From positions 28,408 to 92,407 of the forward strand of contig JAHPZJ010000025.1 of assembly GCA_019058245.1 (NCBI GenBank): 64,000 nt of DNA, given 5' to 3'. This stretch comes from Promethearchaeota archaeon. Lineage in GTDB: Archaea; Asgardarchaeota; Lokiarchaeia; Sigyniarchaeales; SOKP01. Below, piece after piece: positions 60,504 to 64,000 of this stretch. The notes beneath the pieces are model-generated. The model worked only from the letters and a program-made list of their open reading frames with translations, ran no database searches and was not told the DNA's origin. The first letter of the stretch is position 1; each line of letters starts with the position of its first letter. A program made the translations under genes and the position numbers.

Positions 60504-61748
60504 TTAAAAGACTTGAACATTTCCTGAAATAAGTCTCTTTCTTAAATCAATGAAATTTTCTTTATTCAGTTTTTCAGCTGAAACTTCTTCCGCTATTTTC
60601 TTTATTGAATCAAAATTAACGTTGTCTGCAGGGATTAATTCAATTGAATTAACCCAAGGGTCTGTTATTGGGCGTCCTATTTGAGATAATAATTTAACAT
60701 GAGCTTCTATTATATCTCCTTGACCTCTTTTAATAATATCTCTTGCTATTTCTGTACTTAAAACATTATATAATTTCCCTACATGATTTATTGGATTTTT
60801 TCCGCAAACCGCTTCTAAACTCATTGTTCTGCAGGGTGTGATAAGACCATTAGCTCTATTTCCACGACCCACTTCTCCATCATCACCCGCTTCGGCAGAT
60901 GTCCCAGTAATAGTCATGTACATTATTCCTTTTTCTATATTATCACCAACATTTACTTGACACGATACATCTCGTTCTGGGATAATATCTGCCGCTAAAT
61001 CTAAGACTGCTTCTTTTATTTGAGTTGTATAGCTAATATATTCACTAACGTCATTAATATATTTACTTACCATTGCTGCAGCAATTGTAATACCTACTTC
61101 ATTTCCAACCCTCTCTACCATTACCTTTATGTCTTCCCCTGAAGCCTTACATTTATCCTTGAATTTATCTGAATTAATTAACATCTCTGCTTCTAAAGCT
61201 ATTTTTTCTACATCAGAATATGGAGCATATCCTACTCCGAAACTCGTATCATTTGCAAGTGGGACTTCTTCAGTATGATGTGATTGATCAAAAACTCCTG
61301 TTAAATCTATTGATCCTGGTCGAACAGCATAATCAAACTGGATATCTTTATTCAAATCAAGGTTTCTAAAAATATCGGAGAGAACCTTTCGTTGTGTTTC
61401 TATACAAATGGTTGGAATAGGAATATATTCAAGTTTACTTGTACCATCGCCACATTCTGTAAGGATCTGATTTATAGCTCGTCCAACAATGAGAAAATAT
61501 TGTGGTTGGATAATCTGACCTCCACCAAATTCCGGTCTTGCAGTACCTCCAACTAATGCTGCCTTATCTACGTTATGGTGATAAACTCTACCAAAATTCT
61601 CAAGATAATACACACATAATGCCCTAGAACAAGCATCAGCGACAGCATCACAAACAGTGTCAGGATGTCCAATTCCTTTCCTTTCAACTAACTCTGGGAA
61701 TTCACTTTTTTCAATTGGTAAAAAGTTAGCACGAGTAATTTTCAACAT
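60504..61748 (-). CDS. mat: Archaeal S-adenosylmethionine synthetase
   Basis: [35 protein letters not shown] and GKNP.NHVGK. Confidence 0.97.
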   Translation of the reverse strand: MLKITRANFLPIEKSEFPELVERKGIGHPDTVCDAVADACSRALCVYYLENFGRVYHHNVDKAALVGGTARPEFGGGQIIQPQYFLIVGRAINQILTECGDGTSKLEYIPIPTICIETQRKVLSDIFRNLDLNKDIQFDYAVRPGSIDLTGVFDQSHHTEEVPLANDTSFGVGYAPYSDVEKIALEAEMLINSDKFKDKCKASGEDIKVMVERVGNEVGITIAAAMVSKYINDVSEYISYTTQIKEAVLDLAADIIPERDVSCQVNVGDNIEKGIMYMTITGTSAEAGDDGEVGRGNRANGLITPCRTMSLEAVCGKNPINHVGKLYNVLSTEIARDIIKRGQGDIIEAHVKLLSQIGRPITDPWVNSIELIPADNVNFDSIKKIAEEVSAEKLNKENFIDLRKRLISGNVQVF

Positions 61749-61936
61749 TTCACTTAACCAACTTGTTAATCATTTACATAGTTCTTTTAAATATATTTTT
61801 AAATTTATTATCAGTTAAATTCCTTATTAATTGAAAAATGCAATCAATACATTTTTTAGTTGATGATAATATATAACTTTTTAAATTTTTTATTCTTCTA
61901 ATATGCATAAGATTCATATAATTCTTCTATTAGATA

Positions 61937-62506
61937 ATGCAAATATTACCATCATTAAATGATATTAGGCGTTTACGCAAAAAATTAAATATCAGTCAAA
62001 AAGCTTTAGGAGAAAAATTAGAGCTCTCACAATCCATAATCTCAAGAATAGAAAGTGGTGAAGTAGATCCTCCTTATTCCAAATTAAAAAAGATTTATGA
62101 ATATTTAGAGAATGAACGTAAGATAAGAGAAAAATCAAAAAAACATGCCTCTAATATTATGAGTTCAGATCTCCAATCTATAAAGCTTAGCACAACTTTA
62201 AGAGAAGCAGTTGATTTAATGAACAAGTATGAAATTTCTCAACTACCAATAATAGAAAATAATATAAATTTAGGAAGTATCACCTCTAAAAAAGTACAGA
62301 AATCCATAACGGATAATCCTGAGATTATTAAAATGGATGTGTCTCTTATAAAAGAATTACCCTTTCCTGAAATTAATAGAAATTGGAATGCAAAAGATAT
62401 ATCAAATCTCCTTTTGCAGTATCCTGCTGTGCTGGTAAGAGAAAATAATAATTATATTGGAATAATTACTGATTCCGATCTTCTAAAAATAAATAATAAG
62501 AAATAA
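61937..62506 (+). CDS. HTH + CBS-pair transcriptional regulator
   Basis: ISQKALGEKLELSQSIISRIESG; ISQLPI and GIITDSD. Confidence 0.9.
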   Translation: MQILPSLNDIRRLRKKLNISQKALGEKLELSQSIISRIESGEVDPPYSKLKKIYEYLENERKIREKSKKHASNIMSSDLQSIKLSTTLREAVDLMNKYEISQLPIIENNINLGSITSKKVQKSITDNPEIIKMDVSLIKELPFPEINRNWNAKDISNLLLQYPAVLVRENNNYIGIITDSDLLKINNKK

Positions 62507-62563
62507 CAAAAAAAAAAAAGAATAATTTTTTTATATAATATTGTGTTTTAAAGAGTAGATTTA

Positions 62564-63562
62564 ATGATTGAAGAGATAATTGAAAAGCTAAACGTTTTAT
62601 TACAAAAGGCTAATTACGAAACATTGGCTCTGGGTAATTTTGCGGCAAAAAAGAATAAATTTTGCTTTGATCTATTAGTTAAAAAGAATGATTTAGTATT
62701 TAGTGTAAAAGTTATTCCTAATATTGATAATTTAAATCCAAATATCGTACGAGATATTAAATCGTTATCTACAATTCTTAAATCAAAGCCTTTATTAATT
62801 GGAATTAGGAATAGATACCAAAAATTAGAAGACAACACAATTTATTTAAGAGAAGATTTACCGTTTATAACACTTAATACATTTGAAAATATTCTTAATA
62901 GCAATTATCCCCATATTTTAGCTAGACGAGGTGGTGGAGTAGTATTTTTAGATGGATTATTAATGAAAGCTTTAAGAGAAGATCATTTATTATCAAGAAA
63001 GGAATTATCTGATAAATTAGGTGTAACCAAAAGGACTTTATGTGCTTATGAAAATGAATCTATGCGACCTTCAGAGAAAATTGCTAAAAAAATACTTGAA
63101 CTATTGGAAAATGATAAACTTTTTAGAAAAATCAATATATTCGAATGGCCAATTAAAGTTGAAATAAAAAATTTCGAACTTTTCGAAGGAGAGGAACTGA
63201 CTGAGTTTGAAACTCATGTTCAAGAGATTATTAAAGATATCGGAGTTTCTTCTTATTGGTATAAAAAAGGTTCAATTCCCTTCAAATTATCTTTATATTC
63301 TATTTCTGATAAGAAAGAATCCGAAGGATTTTATCCTCTCTTTTCTGGTATAACTGAAGAACAAGGAAAAATTAATGAAATGAGCTTTAAATGCCTAAAA
63401 ATGTTTACAAAATTATTCCACAAAAAATCATTATTTATTATAAATAATGGAATAAAAATACCTGAAAAATTCCGTAAAGAAAAAATACCTATTGTTAAAA
63501 TTGGAAATTTAGAAAAAGTAGATGATGAAGAAGAATTCATTGAACTCATCCAAGATTCATGA
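62564..63562 (+). CDS. Conserved archaeal HTH regulator (nuclease-like N-domain + Cro HTH)
   Basis: CFDLLVKK, NIDN, ARRGG and LSRKELSDKLGVTKRTLCAYE. Confidence 0.88.
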   Translation: MIEEIIEKLNVLLQKANYETLALGNFAAKKNKFCFDLLVKKNDLVFSVKVIPNIDNLNPNIVRDIKSLSTILKSKPLLIGIRNRYQKLEDNTIYLREDLPFITLNTFENILNSNYPHILARRGGGVVFLDGLLMKALREDHLLSRKELSDKLGVTKRTLCAYENESMRPSEKIAKKILELLENDKLFRKINIFEWPIKVEIKNFELFEGEELTEFETHVQEIIKDIGVSSYWYKKGSIPFKLSLYSISDKKESEGFYPLFSGITEEQGKINEMSFKCLKMFTKLFHKKSLFIINNGIKIPEKFRKEKIPIVKIGNLEKVDDEEEFIELIQDS

Positions 63563-63569
63563 GGATAAT

Positions 63570-64000
63570 TTGGAATTAATTTGTGGGATAGACGAGGCTG
63601 GTAGAATTTAATTCGCTTCGAATTTTATATTAAAAGGCTCTGTCTTAGGTCCTATGGTTATATGTGGTATTTGTTTTATTAAATCAAATTTAGATTTCCT
63701 TTCAGAAATAGGAGTTAAAGATTCAAAAAAGTTATCTCCTCAAAAGAGAAAAAGTTTAGCGGAAATTTTGAAAAGAAACTGTTATTCATATAATATTATT
63801 GAGATAAGCGCTCTTGAAATTGATGCGAGGGAAATTAAAAAAATTTCATTGAATCGACTAGAAGAATTAAAAATGGCAGAAATTATAAACAAATTAAAAC
63901 CTGATACGATATATATTGATGCTGCTGATGTTAATGAAGAGAGATTTGGAGTTTCTATTAAAAATCTATTAAATTATAAACCTAAAAACATCATCTCTAA
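63570..64000 (+). CDS. rnhB: Ribonuclease HII split by a 30-nt intron; 3' end truncated by window edge
   Basis: TTG after GAGGA; MELICGIDEAGR|GSVLGPMVI...GVKDSKKLS...IYIDAAD once 30 nt are removed. Confidence 0.93.
63605..63634 (+). other. Putative BHB mRNA intron in rnhB
   Basis: Central helix TGGT/ATTA, bulges AG|A and AA|A, inner hairpin AATTCG/CGAATT, outer exon helix AGACGAG/CTC-T-GTCT; contains an in-frame TAA. Confidence 0.85.

Noticed and set aside
671-63549. Short antisense or overlapping ORFs in the track (e.g. 671-868, 8227-8421, 8924-9121, 11387-11590, 12511-12846, 15717-15998, 19455-20531, 23027-23371, 40099-40413, 41573-41905, 44824-45063, 50276-50563, 62614-62838, 63331-63549)
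   Set aside because: They are shadows of well-supported genes on the other strand or frame and have no motifs.

Overview
AT-rich archaeal chromosomal DNA, most likely from an Asgard archaeon of the Lokiarchaeia (Promethearchaeia). The assignment is inferred from the TACK/Asgard-type core genes together with roadblock-Rab, longin, BAR-like and LITAF-like proteins. Most of the window is housekeeping: PAN, MBF1, TFE, rpoB/rpoH, cbf5, thiL, PolD DP2/DP1, Orc1/Cdc6, carS, archease/rtcB, hisG, pelota, hypB, MAT and rnhB. It also carries one IS200/IS605-family tnpB. The main discovery candidate is a bulge-helix-bulge (BHB) intron system acting on mRNAs. Two conserved protein genes, elf1 (31-nt insert at 45297-45327) and rnhB (30-nt insert at 63605-63634), are each interrupted inside their most conserved motif by a stop-containing hairpin with tRNA-type BHB geometry, and exact removal restores the protein. 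All three tRNA genes (Lys-TTT, Thr-CGT, Leu-GAG) also carry introns, five in total and none at the canonical 37/38 site, and rtcB plus archease lie in the same window. Other candidates: (i) an eight-gene cluster (45.6-54.5 kb) with winged-helix proteins, a duplicated PC4-like protein, an AAA+ ATPase, an ATPase-dead SMC-like protein and a KITE-like protein; (ii) possible actin/membrane regulators (an unannotated 50-aa WH2-like peptide, a BAR-like protein and a polyproline VASP/WASP-like protein); (iii) tandem AN1-zinc-finger intramembrane (pseudo)proteases; (iv) repeated apparent ATT/CTG start codons. All family assignments come from motif recognition by eye; no searches were run.
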